DNA from: Alphaproteobacteria bacterium
GTDB taxonomy: Bacteria > Pseudomonadota > Alphaproteobacteria > MPNO01 > UBA830
Assembly: GCA_965243135.1 (NCBI GenBank)
Contig: OZ251539.1
Coordinates: forward strand, 3,808,001-3,872,000
Length of the DNA: 64,000 nucleotides
Reading direction: 5' to 3'
Shown: positions 1-9,078 of the stretch, piece after piece
How positions within the stretch are numbered: the stretch's first letter is position 1
How the letters are laid out: every line of letters starts with the position of its first letter
The notes under the pieces: generated by a model
Told to the model about the DNA's origin: nothing
The model's input: the letters and a program-made list of their open reading frames with translations, nothing else
Databases searched by the model: none
Translations under genes and position numbers: made by a program

Positions 1-104
1 TTTGCAACCGACTGACGCTTCAAACTTGAAGGGGCCCCGAATTCGGACACGGAAAACTGCAGATTTCCCCAAGACCGCCGTTCCCGCTTATTGTACGCAG
101 GCGC

Positions 105-614
105 TCATTCGCTGTCCATAGCGGCTTCCTTCAGGAAATCCAGCAATAGGACGATCCGGCTCCGCTCGGATCGGTTCCATGCCTCGTGCTCCAAGGTGTC
201 GTCGAAGATCAGACATCTGTTCTCTTCCCATCGTCTGGTTTCGTCGCCGACTCGCAGCTCGCAGACCAGGGGAACAATCAGGCCCAAGTGACACCGGAGC
301 ACCTTACTGGTATAGCCGACGTGGGGTTTGATGTGAGCGCTGGGCCCCAAGCGCGAGAATCCTGCGGTGACGAGATTTGGCACCCGCTCGACGATCTCGA
401 CCGTTCGAGGGCACATGGCGCAGTTCTCGGAGAGCTTTTCCCCGAACCAGTAGAAACCGAAGACGTCCCACCCCTCGTCGTAGAGCATCTTTTCCGGCCA
501 CGGCAGAAAGTGGTCGGAGGTCAACAGCCGGTCGAGCTCCTCCCTGACCGCCCCTGCGCCCCCCTCGAGAACTTCGACGAACGGAAAATCCGCCGGATCA
601 AGAAAGCCGGTCAT
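105..614 (-). CDS. Aspartyl/asparaginyl beta-hydroxylase domain protein (Fe(II)/2OG oxygenase)
   Basis: GWDVFGFY, CPRT, FSRLGPSAHIKPHVG, LRCHLGLIVP and IFDDTLEHEAWN..RIVLLLDF motifs typical of Asp_Arg_Hydrox. Confidence 0.88.
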   Translation of the reverse strand: MTGFLDPADFPFVEVLEGGAGAVREELDRLLTSDHFLPWPEKMLYDEGWDVFGFYWFGEKLSENCAMCPRTVEIVERVPNLVTAGFSRLGPSAHIKPHVGYTSKVLRCHLGLIVPLVCELRVGDETRRWEENRCLIFDDTLEHEAWNRSERSRIVLLLDFLKEAAMDSE

Positions 615-1107
615 GCGCTTCCCCTCCGGAACCAGCCTCGCGCCGCGTCGAATTCGGTCTCCGGTACGGCATCGTCCATCCTTCCAGCTTGGCGTCCCTT
701 GCGTAGGATCTGATCGTCATGATCGAGACGTTCCCGCCCGGATATTTCGCTCGCACGCGCCTCTGTATCTCGCGGTACGACAACCCTACGGATCGCGCGC
801 TGGCGGCGTCCGGTTCCACCGGCCGGCGCGTGTCGCGGTCCTCGTAGTGGTCGATATGAACGAGGGCCGTCATGATCGCCGCTTTCAACTCGCCGCGCCG
901 CGGGGTCTTGCGGACCCACGGAAACCGCAACGCCGACAGGGAGAACATGCTGGCCAGCACCGACCGCACGACCGCCGCGCCGCGAGTCTTGCGGATCCAC
1001 GGAAACTGCAACGCCGACAGGGAGAGCATCCCCGTCAGGATCGACTCTTTGGCGCTGTCGCGCCGAACCTGTCGCGTTTCTTTGGACGGCATGGAGACGC
1101 TCCGCAA
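598..1107 (-). CDS. Hypothetical protein with an internal repeat and a possible C-terminal HTH-like domain
   Basis: 169-aa ORF overlapping the hydroxylase start; repeated SLSAL(Q/R)FPW(I/V)RKT; GLSYREIQRRVRAKYP helix pattern. Confidence 0.5.
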   Translation of the reverse strand: MRSVSMPSKETRQVRRDSAKESILTGMLSLSALQFPWIRKTRGAAVVRSVLASMFSLSALRFPWVRKTPRRGELKAAIMTALVHIDHYEDRDTRRPVEPDAASARSVGLSYREIQRRVRAKYPGGNVSIMTIRSYARDAKLEGWTMPYRRPNSTRREAGSGGEAHDRLS

Positions 1108-1201
1108 GTCGGACTGCCGGAAGAAAACCCTTCCACGGTATTCCTAGCAACAAGACGGTGATAGGCTCAACCCCTATTTCGGTTTTCACGGCGGCCCGCG
1201 A

Positions 1202-2236
1202 ATGAACGAACCGACAAGCACGCGATGCCCGCCTTCATGGGAGGCTGTCCTCGGCGCCGGGAACGCGGCCGCCGTCGTTTACCCGACGCTGGCGGTCGAA
1301 GACCTTTCCGCCCGTCTGCTCGCGTATCTCCGCGACGCGCTCGCCGACAACCGGCTAGGCTACGCGGAACCGCCGTCCCGAATGGAGGGCGGCTCCCAAG
1401 CCCAAATCTACCGCTTCGGACTGAGCGGCGCTCCCCCCGATCTCGCCCGAACCTTGGTACTGTGCCTGTATCCGCGGGGCTACGGCACGGGCAGGATCGT
1501 CAAGGAAGGCCTCGTTCAGAACGGACTCGCCCGCCGGTCGTATCCCGCCCCCCGGGTTCACGCGGCATGCACCGACATGTCGATCCTCGGCGGCGCGTTC
1601 CTGGTCATGGAATTCCGTCCGGGCGACCTCTTGCTGCACGCGCCGCCCGAGACCATACCCGGTATGCTGGCCGAGACCCACGCAGCCCTGCACCGTATCG
1701 ACCCGCGGCCGGTCGTCGAGTCGTTGCGCGCGCAGGGTTGGATAGCTTCGCAATACCGATTCGAGGGAGAACTGGCGGTGCTCCGCGACCGGACCGGGAG
1801 GCATCCCCGCCTGCGCCCGGTCGCCGACTGGCTGTCGGCGAACCGGCCCCCGGAACCCAGGCCGCTTTCGATCTGCCACGGCGATTTTCACCCCCTCAAC
1901 GTTCTCGTCCGGGACGGCGAGGTCACTGGCGTGCTCGACTGGTTCGACGCTGTCGTCGGCGATCCGGCGCTGGACATCGCTTGCACGACGCTGTTGATCC
2001 GGGTCTTCGGCCGCCGCGTCATGTTGCCGTCGGAGGCCGACCATGTAGCAACGAGATATCTTGAAGCCTACAGGCCCCCGAAGCCGTTCGACCCCGAACG
2101 CCTCGACTATTATCGGATCAGGCGTTGCCTCATCGGCCTGTTGGACGGAGCGGACGGTCAGGAGATGTGGCGACATCCCTCGGTCGCGCGGGAGCTCGCC
2201 AGCGATATCCTCCGAGTTACCGGAGTCGCCGTATAA
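1202..2236 (+). CDS. Aminoglycoside phosphotransferase (APH/choline kinase-like) family protein
   Basis: CHGDFHPLNVL catalytic loop, GVLDW metal-binding motif, GDPALD. Confidence 0.85.
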   Translation: MNEPTSTRCPPSWEAVLGAGNAAAVVYPTLAVEDLSARLLAYLRDALADNRLGYAEPPSRMEGGSQAQIYRFGLSGAPPDLARTLVLCLYPRGYGTGRIVKEGLVQNGLARRSYPAPRVHAACTDMSILGGAFLVMEFRPGDLLLHAPPETIPGMLAETHAALHRIDPRPVVESLRAQGWIASQYRFEGELAVLRDRTGRHPRLRPVADWLSANRPPEPRPLSICHGDFHPLNVLVRDGEVTGVLDWFDAVVGDPALDIACTTLLIRVFGRRVMLPSEADHVATRYLEAYRPPKPFDPERLDYYRIRRCLIGLLDGADGQEMWRHPSVARELASDILRVTGVAV

Positions 2237-2657
2237 ACGCGCTGCCCTCGCCCGTCGGCAGCGGCCCGCCATGCCCGCTCTCGGCGATGCAAGCATGCGT
2301 AACTGCCCGATGGCGCGCCGGTTCGTGAATCAAGGAATTTTTTTGCGGCGAAATCCTTTCCGGGAGTCCCGGATCCCGACGCCGCGCTCCGCCCCGCTGT
2401 CTTCACGCCGTGACGCTCGAACCCGGAACGGTTCGGGGGAACGAGGTGCGGAAGCGCCCATGGGTCGCGCTTGCCTCCGTAAAAAACGGTTCCGCTCGCC
2501 GTCTTTTCTCGACGCGGTCCGGACTCCCCATTGCCTGACATCTTGACGCTCACTCAGGCATCGCATTCGGTGCGCGTGTCGCACCTCAAACTTCAAGGGG
2601 CCGGGAGCTTTCCGGAAGGCGCCGGCTTGCCGTTCGACCCGGTCCGCAAGGTTCCGC

Positions 2658-4991
2658 TCAGAAGAACACCGCGACGGGATTGAGGTCGGCCTCGGGCGTG
2701 GGCGTCTTCCGCCACCCCATCTTCACCGGCACGTCGTACAGCCGCCCCGGTCCGAAGCGCATCCAGAAATGCCGCAGACCCGGCACGATCGTCTTCGCCA
2801 CCGGCATTCCGATGTCCGGCCGCGTCTGGTCCAGAACCAGGAACTCCAGGCCCATGCCTTCCACCAGCGCCCGGCAACGCTCCACGTCCTCCCGCAGATC
2901 CGTCGTCTCCGGAACCGGGTAGTCCACCGCCCCGCGCTTCGCCGCGCCCGCCGCCGGCGCCAGATACGGATGCTCCGCCAATTTCGCGTTCTTCCACCAC
3001 CAGAGGGTCTCCGGATCGTCCTGGAGATAGCTCCCCCCGTCGATGCCCACGTCCCGCACCGCTTTCATGTCTTGATTCAGTTCGCACACCGCCCGCAGCG
3101 CCGCGATATGCGGGTCGGCATGCGCGCCGGCCGCGAGGATGATGTCCTCGGGCTCCTTGTCGACGCGCCGCGAGACAGCCACGAACACCGGCACCCCGAG
3201 ATCGTTGGTCACGTCCAGAAGCCACACGTCGCGGCGGAAGGAGGCGTAGTACTCCCGCGTCCGCGACAGATAGCCGTCGCCGAAGCTGTCGATGTCCACC
3301 TCCGGCATGGACAGCCGGTTGTACCACCAGCACGCGAACGCGTCCCGCTCCGCCAGTTCGTAGAAGCCCTGAAGGATCGCCTCCTCCAGGGTGTTCCCCG
3401 CCGCGCAGCCGTTCGAGTCCGGACCGCAGTAGACGACGCCTCCCTCGGTCGGCGTCGAAAAGTAGAGCATAGCCGTCGGCAGCCAGCGGTGGCGCCCCGC
3501 CGTCAGCGACCACGCCGGCGTCCAGTCCATCTCGACGGACGGGTCGAAGCGCGTCGTGACGTAGTTGAACAGGGACCCGAAGGCGTTGATCTCCTCCGCG
3601 CGCTCGTACTGCCGGTCGCTGTAAAGCATCACGTCGTTGGGGTGGATCGCCTCCCCCTCCGCGAAGTCCTCGAACCGCGCCCGGCGCCGGATCTCGTCCC
3701 CGTGATACACGCCCGAGTAGCGTTCCACCGCCTCGCACAGCGCGCTCGCCTCCGCCTGCTCCGGCGTGCTGCCCTTGCCCGAACTCTTGGTCCGCAGGCT
3801 GTTGCGCAGCATGTGCAGGCTATCCGCCTTGAGCGCCAGATTGCTCCCCGCCCAGTACACGTGCAGCCAAGAATCCGCCGGGTCCGTGGCGCGCATCAAC
3901 TGCGTCACCACGCCGCTGACCGGACTCACCAGGTGGCGGTACTTGCGCACCGTCTCCCCCGGCGGAACCGAACGCAGGCCGCCGCTGTTCCGGACCCGCT
4001 TCGGACTCGAACCCAACGCCACCGGCGCCGGCGCGCGGTCGGGGCGCCGCAGCGCCTCCTCGCCGCACGCCGCGCACTGCGGACGCCGCATGACCGGATG
4101 CCGCTCCCCGGCGAGATCGTACAGCGACAGCGACAGCGCATGCTCGTGCAGCGCCGCCGCCTCCCCCAGAACCACCCATCTCGCGATCTCCGTCGCCGCC
4201 AGGCCGAGCACCGCGTCCGCGAACGGCGGAACCGTCACCTGCGGCACCACGCCCGCGCCCCCCGCGTTGCGCAGATAGTTCTCGACCTCGTTGTTGCCCC
4301 GCATCCGGTGCGCCAGGCACGCCCAGCACGCTCCCCCCTCGCCGGGGCGGAACACCGGACCGAACAGCGGCCACGACCCGTCGGCCTTCACCAGAACCCA
4401 CGGCACCCCCGACGCCAGATGGCGCCGGTTGGTCTCCTCATGCTCCAGGTAGTCGGACGCCCGGATCACGTTCAACGTCGCGCCGTCCGCGACGACCGCC
4501 AGCCCCATCGCCGCCAGCGCCGACCCCAGGCGACCGCCCTCGTCCCCCGAAACCGACACCCGCGCCGAACCCAGCCGCTCCTCCGCCCACCGCGGCGACA
4601 CGCCCACCGAACACCAGAACGCCGCCGCGTCCCGGTCCAGCCCGAATTCGCCCGAAACCGCGTAGCCCTTCGACGCCAGCGACACCAGCGCCGTCTGGAT
4701 CTCCAGCGGACCGTACGTCCCCGACAGCGCCGCCGCGATCTCGCGGCGCGTGCGCGTCCCGTCGAGCAGCGGCAGAAGATCGACGTAACGCCGCCCGTAG
4801 AGCGCCGCGTTGAAGGTCTCCGAAACCAGCAGCGCCGCCTCGCCGCCGAGCGGGCGAACCTCCAGATGCGGCGACAACAGCGGCCGCTCCACCGTGCCGC
4901 GATCCGCCTCCGTGACCCGGAACAGGGCCCGGGCCTCGCCCGCGGGCCGGTCGAACAGGCCCGGCGCCCCGGACGGCTTGGCGCTCTCCAT
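2658..4991 (-). CDS. Fused leader-binding/E1-like-YcaO cyclodehydratase (TOMM type)
   Basis: GPVFRPGEGGACWACL, RRPQCAACG, SSGKG..ALCEAVERYS, DSNGCAAGNTLEEAILQGFYELAERDA, IVPGLRHFW; start taken at MESAKP. Confidence 0.92.
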   Translation of the reverse strand: MESAKPSGAPGLFDRPAGEARALFRVTEADRGTVERPLLSPHLEVRPLGGEAALLVSETFNAALYGRRYVDLLPLLDGTRTRREIAAALSGTYGPLEIQTALVSLASKGYAVSGEFGLDRDAAAFWCSVGVSPRWAEERLGSARVSVSGDEGGRLGSALAAMGLAVVADGATLNVIRASDYLEHEETNRRHLASGVPWVLVKADGSWPLFGPVFRPGEGGACWACLAHRMRGNNEVENYLRNAGGAGVVPQVTVPPFADAVLGLAATEIARWVVLGEAAALHEHALSLSLYDLAGERHPVMRRPQCAACGEEALRRPDRAPAPVALGSSPKRVRNSGGLRSVPPGETVRKYRHLVSPVSGVVTQLMRATDPADSWLHVYWAGSNLALKADSLHMLRNSLRTKSSGKGSTPEQAEASALCEAVERYSGVYHGDEIRRRARFEDFAEGEAIHPNDVMLYSDRQYERAEEINAFGSLFNYVTTRFDPSVEMDWTPAWSLTAGRHRWLPTAMLYFSTPTEGGVVYCGPDSNGCAAGNTLEEAILQGFYELAERDAFACWWYNRLSMPEVDIDSFGDGYLSRTREYYASFRRDVWLLDVTNDLGVPVFVAVSRRVDKEPEDIILAAGAHADPHIAALRAVCELNQDMKAVRDVGIDGGSYLQDDPETLWWWKNAKLAEHPYLAPAAGAAKRGAVDYPVPETTDLREDVERCRALVEGMGLEFLVLDQTRPDIGMPVAKTIVPGLRHFWMRFGPGRLYDVPVKMGWRKTPTPEADLNPVAVFF

Positions 4992-5469
4992 CAAAAAAAC
5001 TCCCCGATGCGGCGGCGAACCGTGGATCAAACTCCGGGACCGGAGAATACGATCGCGACATCGCGCGTCAAGCGCCGCGCCAATCTAACGTCATGCAGCG
5101 AACTTTAGATGCAAGACCCGCGGCCTGAAGGTCGCGAGGGCCTACAATAGCCGGGGCCGACATTCGCTTGCGACCGAGCGGGCTGGGCGGCCTTGGCCCT
5201 TGGGAGGAAGGGCGGGCTTCGCGCCGCGCGAAGCTTCGGTCACGGAAGGCGGCGGTCGCCACGGACGCGGCGCTTGCCCGCGAGTCCGAGACCATCGCCC
5301 TGACGCGAGCGGGCCGCGGCGTCCGGCTATCGTCCGGCTGCGGCGTTCCGCCCGAGCCGGCGGCCGGTCAGGCGTTCCCCGACGTAGACATTGAAAGCCG
5401 CGTCGTCGACCCGCTCGCCGCCCCAGGGGCCGTCGGGATCGTCGCGACGATCAAGGGCGCCGTCCGGTA

Positions 5470-5800
5470 GTGGTCCGCCGCGCACCGCCGCTCGACGACC
5501 GCCATGGTCAGAAAGCGGGGCGAAGGGCTTCCCGTCCTCGTCGCCGGGTCGCCGAGATCCGCCTGCTCGACCGTCATCCCGCTTGGCATACTGCCTGCCG
5601 TCTTGCCGCCGCCGGAGATCATGTCGAGTTGCTCTTCCCCCAGCTGAACGTTCGAGCGGCGAAGTGACGGAATGCAGCGGCCGGATTCTCGACGACGCGG
5701 ACCTCCAACCAGGGACGAGGCCGAAGTCGGCGAAAACGGCTGCCGGATCCTCTTCCGTCCGAGCGCGGAGGTCGGGATCCTTGCAGCACTTGATCCGCAA
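5470..5800 (-). pseudogene. Frameshifted NHLP-family RiPP precursor
   Basis: Leader motifs lie in three frames: KDPDLRARTEEDPAAVFADFG / LEVRVVENPAAAF / NVQLGEEQLDMISGG-GKTAGS; boundaries approximate. Confidence 0.72.
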
Positions 5801-5901
5801 ACCGCTCGTGGCTCGAGGCAGGAATTGCCGCTTGACCATGAATCGTATATGCTGTACGCAACCTGCCGCAGTAAACGAACAGTCACGAAAGGTTACGGAC
5901 C

Positions 5902-6159
5902 ATGGTCGAAAGTACGGATAACAATCTCGACAAGGCGCTCGCCGATCTCACCCCCGAGCGGGTCGAACGCAATCAACAGATCTACGCCGACATTGTCGCC
6001 AAGTACTACGGCGATCCTGACTTCAAGGCGAAGGTGGATGCGGACCCGACTCGGGTTCTCAAGGACGAGGGCCTTGAGATCCCCGAGGGCGCCAACGTCA
6101 AGTTGCTGTTCAACACTGAGAAACTCCTGCATATCGTGTTGCCGGCCCCTCTCAAATAG
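5902..6159 (+). CDS. NHLP (nitrile hydratase-like leader) domain-only protein with no GG site or core
   Basis: IVAKYYGDPDFKAKVDADPTRVLKDEGLEIPEG..VKLLFNTEKLLHIVLP followed by a stop. Confidence 0.8.
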   Translation: MVESTDNNLDKALADLTPERVERNQQIYADIVAKYYGDPDFKAKVDADPTRVLKDEGLEIPEGANVKLLFNTEKLLHIVLPAPLK

Positions 6160-6739
6160 GAAATTCTCGAAGCGTTTGTCGGCTGCTGTCTCCTCGGCAC
6201 CGCGCAGATCGCTTCGCCCGCGAGCGGGTTCGCTCCATGGCGGGTCGCGGTCTCGGGAGGGACTGCCGCAAGGGTCGGCGTGAAGCCTGTCATGCTTTTT
6301 TCAGGCGGACGGGGTGCTTGCCGGCCTGACGCCCGGCGGCATCCCTTGCGACCGGCGTGGTTGGGGGCTGCCGGGCGAGCAGGGCGCTGCGCCCCGCTGT
6401 TCGCCTCGAGGCCTTGGAGCGTCAGGCGCCGGCCCCCGAGTTAGCGGGGAACCTGCAAGTCACGCGCGCTCCGGGATTGGCGCGTTCCGGTTGCGCCTTG
6501 TCTTCCTGCCCAACAACGCAGTCCCGTCCGCGATGACGGCCATCTTCGGTCCGGCCGGTCCTGTCCGTCGCTGCGCCGCGCCCAAGGAGTGTCGGACGCC
6601 CAGTTAAAATCCAACAATGTCAGGAGATCTGAAATTAGGATTTGAAATTAGGGTTTCCCCCCTCGGTTAGGGTAGTGGATGCGTGCGTGAGTGAGTGTGT
6701 CGCCTCGCATGATCGAAACAGCGAATTGAGGACGGAAAC

Positions 6740-7153
6740 ATGCCCCCTATCAACTTGACGACCGTGCTTCACATACCGGTGTCGCCCGAAGGACTCCTAC
6801 AGAGCGTGCGCCAGCTCGCGTCCATCGCGGATGAGTACCGCAAGGATCCGGAGTTTCGCTCGAACCTTAGCTCGGACCCGGTCGCCGCCCTCTCCGAGAA
6901 CAGCATCGAGGTGGTGCCCGATACGGAAGTGCGCATCGTCGAGGACACCGACGAGGTTTTCCATTTCATCCTTCCCCCCGACTTCAACGCCAGCGTGGGG
7001 GACGAGGTGCTCAATGCGGTCGCCGGCGGCGGCAAGACCGCCAGCAGCGCGACCACCGGACCCGGCTATGGGGGGCCCCGAGGACCCTCTTGCGGATGCG
7101 GCGCAAGCTGCATCGACGCATGGACCTCACGAGGGGGAAGCGGCTCCATCTGA
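6740..7153 (+). CDS. NHLP-family RiPP precursor peptide
   Basis: YRKDPEFRSNLSSDPVAAL..EVRIVEDTDEVFHFILPPD..DEVLNAVAGG double-glycine site; Ser/Thr/Cys/Gly-rich core; GAGGA RBS. Confidence 0.88.
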   Translation: MPPINLTTVLHIPVSPEGLLQSVRQLASIADEYRKDPEFRSNLSSDPVAALSENSIEVVPDTEVRIVEDTDEVFHFILPPDFNASVGDEVLNAVAGGGKTASSATTGPGYGGPRGPSCGCGASCIDAWTSRGGSGSI

Positions 7154-7399
7154 TCGACGCAGCCCGTCGCATGTCGCGGCCGGCCCCGGCCGGTTCGCGG
7201 GATTTGGGCTCGAACCCGAATCACCTGAGGAGCGAAATCGCCCGCCGCCGCGGCGTCGTTCGACAACGCGTATTCCTGGACGACAGGAGCGAGCGGCGAC
7301 GGCGTCATTAACCGTTTGGCCCGGTCGGTCTTCAACGCCGAATTGAGTGCGCGCGAGGGAATGGCGCGGGAGTTGGGGTAGACGCAGCGCCCGGCTTCT

Positions 7400-7680
7400 T
7401 TACCGCCTGGGCGTGCCGTCACGGCGGAGGCCTTCATGTCCGGCATCGCGCGCCGGAGAGACCGCGTCGAGTTCCCGCAACGGCCGCCGCGTATCTACCT
7501 GCATCGTCGGCCGCGCGCCTTCACGGGAGGCGACTTGACGCTCTACCGCCCGACTTTGTCCGAATTCGGCCGGCGCACGACGCTCTCGTCGCGTTTCCGC
7601 CCGAACGCGAGGTCGAGCCGGTGCGCTGCGACCCCGACGACTGGGGCCGGCCGGTTCAGGGGATTCGTGCTCGAGTCTCC
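7400..7680 (+). pseudogene. Degraded 2OG-Fe(II) oxygenase (prolyl 4-hydroxylase-like) fragment
   Basis: Fragments across frames: HGGGLHVRHR, IYLHRRPRAFTGGDLTLY, LVAFPPEREVEPVRCDPDDWG..GRF. Confidence 0.5.
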
Positions 7681-8015
7681 CGCGGCAGCGCCCTCAAGGC
7701 GCGCCTCTGAACGGCGCTGCGCCGGACATCGTTACCCCGGACATCTCGTCGACGAATCGTCGGTTGCCGATAGCGGCAAGGCGGTGAGCACCATGCGCCG
7801 GAACCCTGCCTTCCTGCGTGAGTTCGGCCGGAAGCATGGGGGTAGCCTCGGAACCGCGAGGGACAGCCTTTGGAGTTCCCCTTGAAACTTGAAAAGAGCC
7901 GCTTGAAAAGGGCCGCTTCAAAAAATCCAGTTGCGGGGCAAAGGCAGCGACCAGGGTTTCGAGCAGACCGAACGGACTCGGCGCCCGGACGCGCCGACGC
8001 ACCCGGGCAGCGGCG

Positions 8016-8354
8016 TCAGGCGGAAAGCGCGGCGACGGCCTGCGCCCGGTCGGCGTGAACCGGGATGACCTTGTCGAAACCGGCAACCTCGACGATTTCC
8101 CGGATGGAATCCGGGAGCGAGCAGAGCGCGAATTTCGCGTCCCGTTTCCACAGATTCTGGGCGGTCAGCAGAATGGTCCGGAGGCCCGCGCTGCTGATGT
8201 AGGACAGATGCTCAAGGTCGATGATCACGACGCTTTCGGTTTCGCCGATCGCCGCCGTTATCGCCTCCTCGAATTCCCTGACGTTGATGCCGTCAATGCG
8301 TCCCTCCGCGCACGCAATCAGCGCTCCACTCTCCCTTTCCGTCTTTATTTCCAT
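8016..8354 (-). CDS. STAS domain anti-sigma factor antagonist
   Basis: EGRID..VIIDLEHLSYISSAGLR motif with the conserved phospho-Ser; 112 aa. Confidence 0.92.
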   Translation of the reverse strand: MEIKTERESGALIACAEGRIDGINVREFEEAITAAIGETESVVIIDLEHLSYISSAGLRTILLTAQNLWKRDAKFALCSLPDSIREIVEVAGFDKVIPVHADRAQAVAALSA

Positions 8355-9078
8355 CCGTGGTGTCTCCAGATATGGCTCTTCCCGCGAAGAGCGTATTGAC
8401 TCTCCGTGTTCACGATAACCTGTGGAGGAGAAAATTGCAATCCTGTTCGCGCCCGCGGGCTGGGGTTTTCGCCGCGCTCGCGCGAGGCGCGAGACAGCCG
8501 GGCGGCGCGAGGCTGGCCATCGTCGGAAGTTCCAGCGAACCGAACGGAGATCGAACGCCGGGACGAGGCCGAGAGGGAGTCGACGGCGCTACAACCTGGC
8601 CGGCGCCCGGACGGAGCGGTTCGCGGGGCGCATAAGCCTGACGGCGAGCATGGTCATAGAGGGCGCGATTCCGGCCGCTGCCAGCGCCTCGGCCTTGCGG
8701 TCCCGCGACTTCAACGTTCTGCGCGCCTTCCGTCCGCGCCATCCGGAAGGAAGGCGCCGTCGCCCTTTCAGGCCCATGACAAGGCGAAGCTGCGCGAAAC
8801 CTCGAACAACGTGGTCTTGACCGTGTTCGCGCCCGCGGAGCCGATGGTTTCTCCCGAACATCGCCGATTCTCGCACTGAAACTGCTTGGGTTGCTGCGAC
8901 AGGAGCGGCGGCGGCGAGCGGCGGCGCCCGTGCGCAGAACCGGGGGTTTTCCGGCGGACGCTATCTTGCAGAACGCGAACTCCGCTTGCTGCGGGGGAGT
9001 CGCGACGCGCGACCGCTGCTGGTATGTTCGCCGCGCCCGGCCGCCGCGGCCGGAACCGCCCATCGAAAGGAGATGTTC

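Noticed and set aside
2769-5108. 779-aa plus-strand ORF, and similar long ORFs such as 32191-34455, 37153-39495 and 56789-58888
   Set aside because: Antisense or alternate-frame shadows of real genes in high-GC DNA; Arg/Pro/Ala-rich with no motifs.
6420-6570. Possible fourth, very decayed NHLP leader (LRLVFLPNN)
   Set aside because: Similarity is too weak to support without an alignment.
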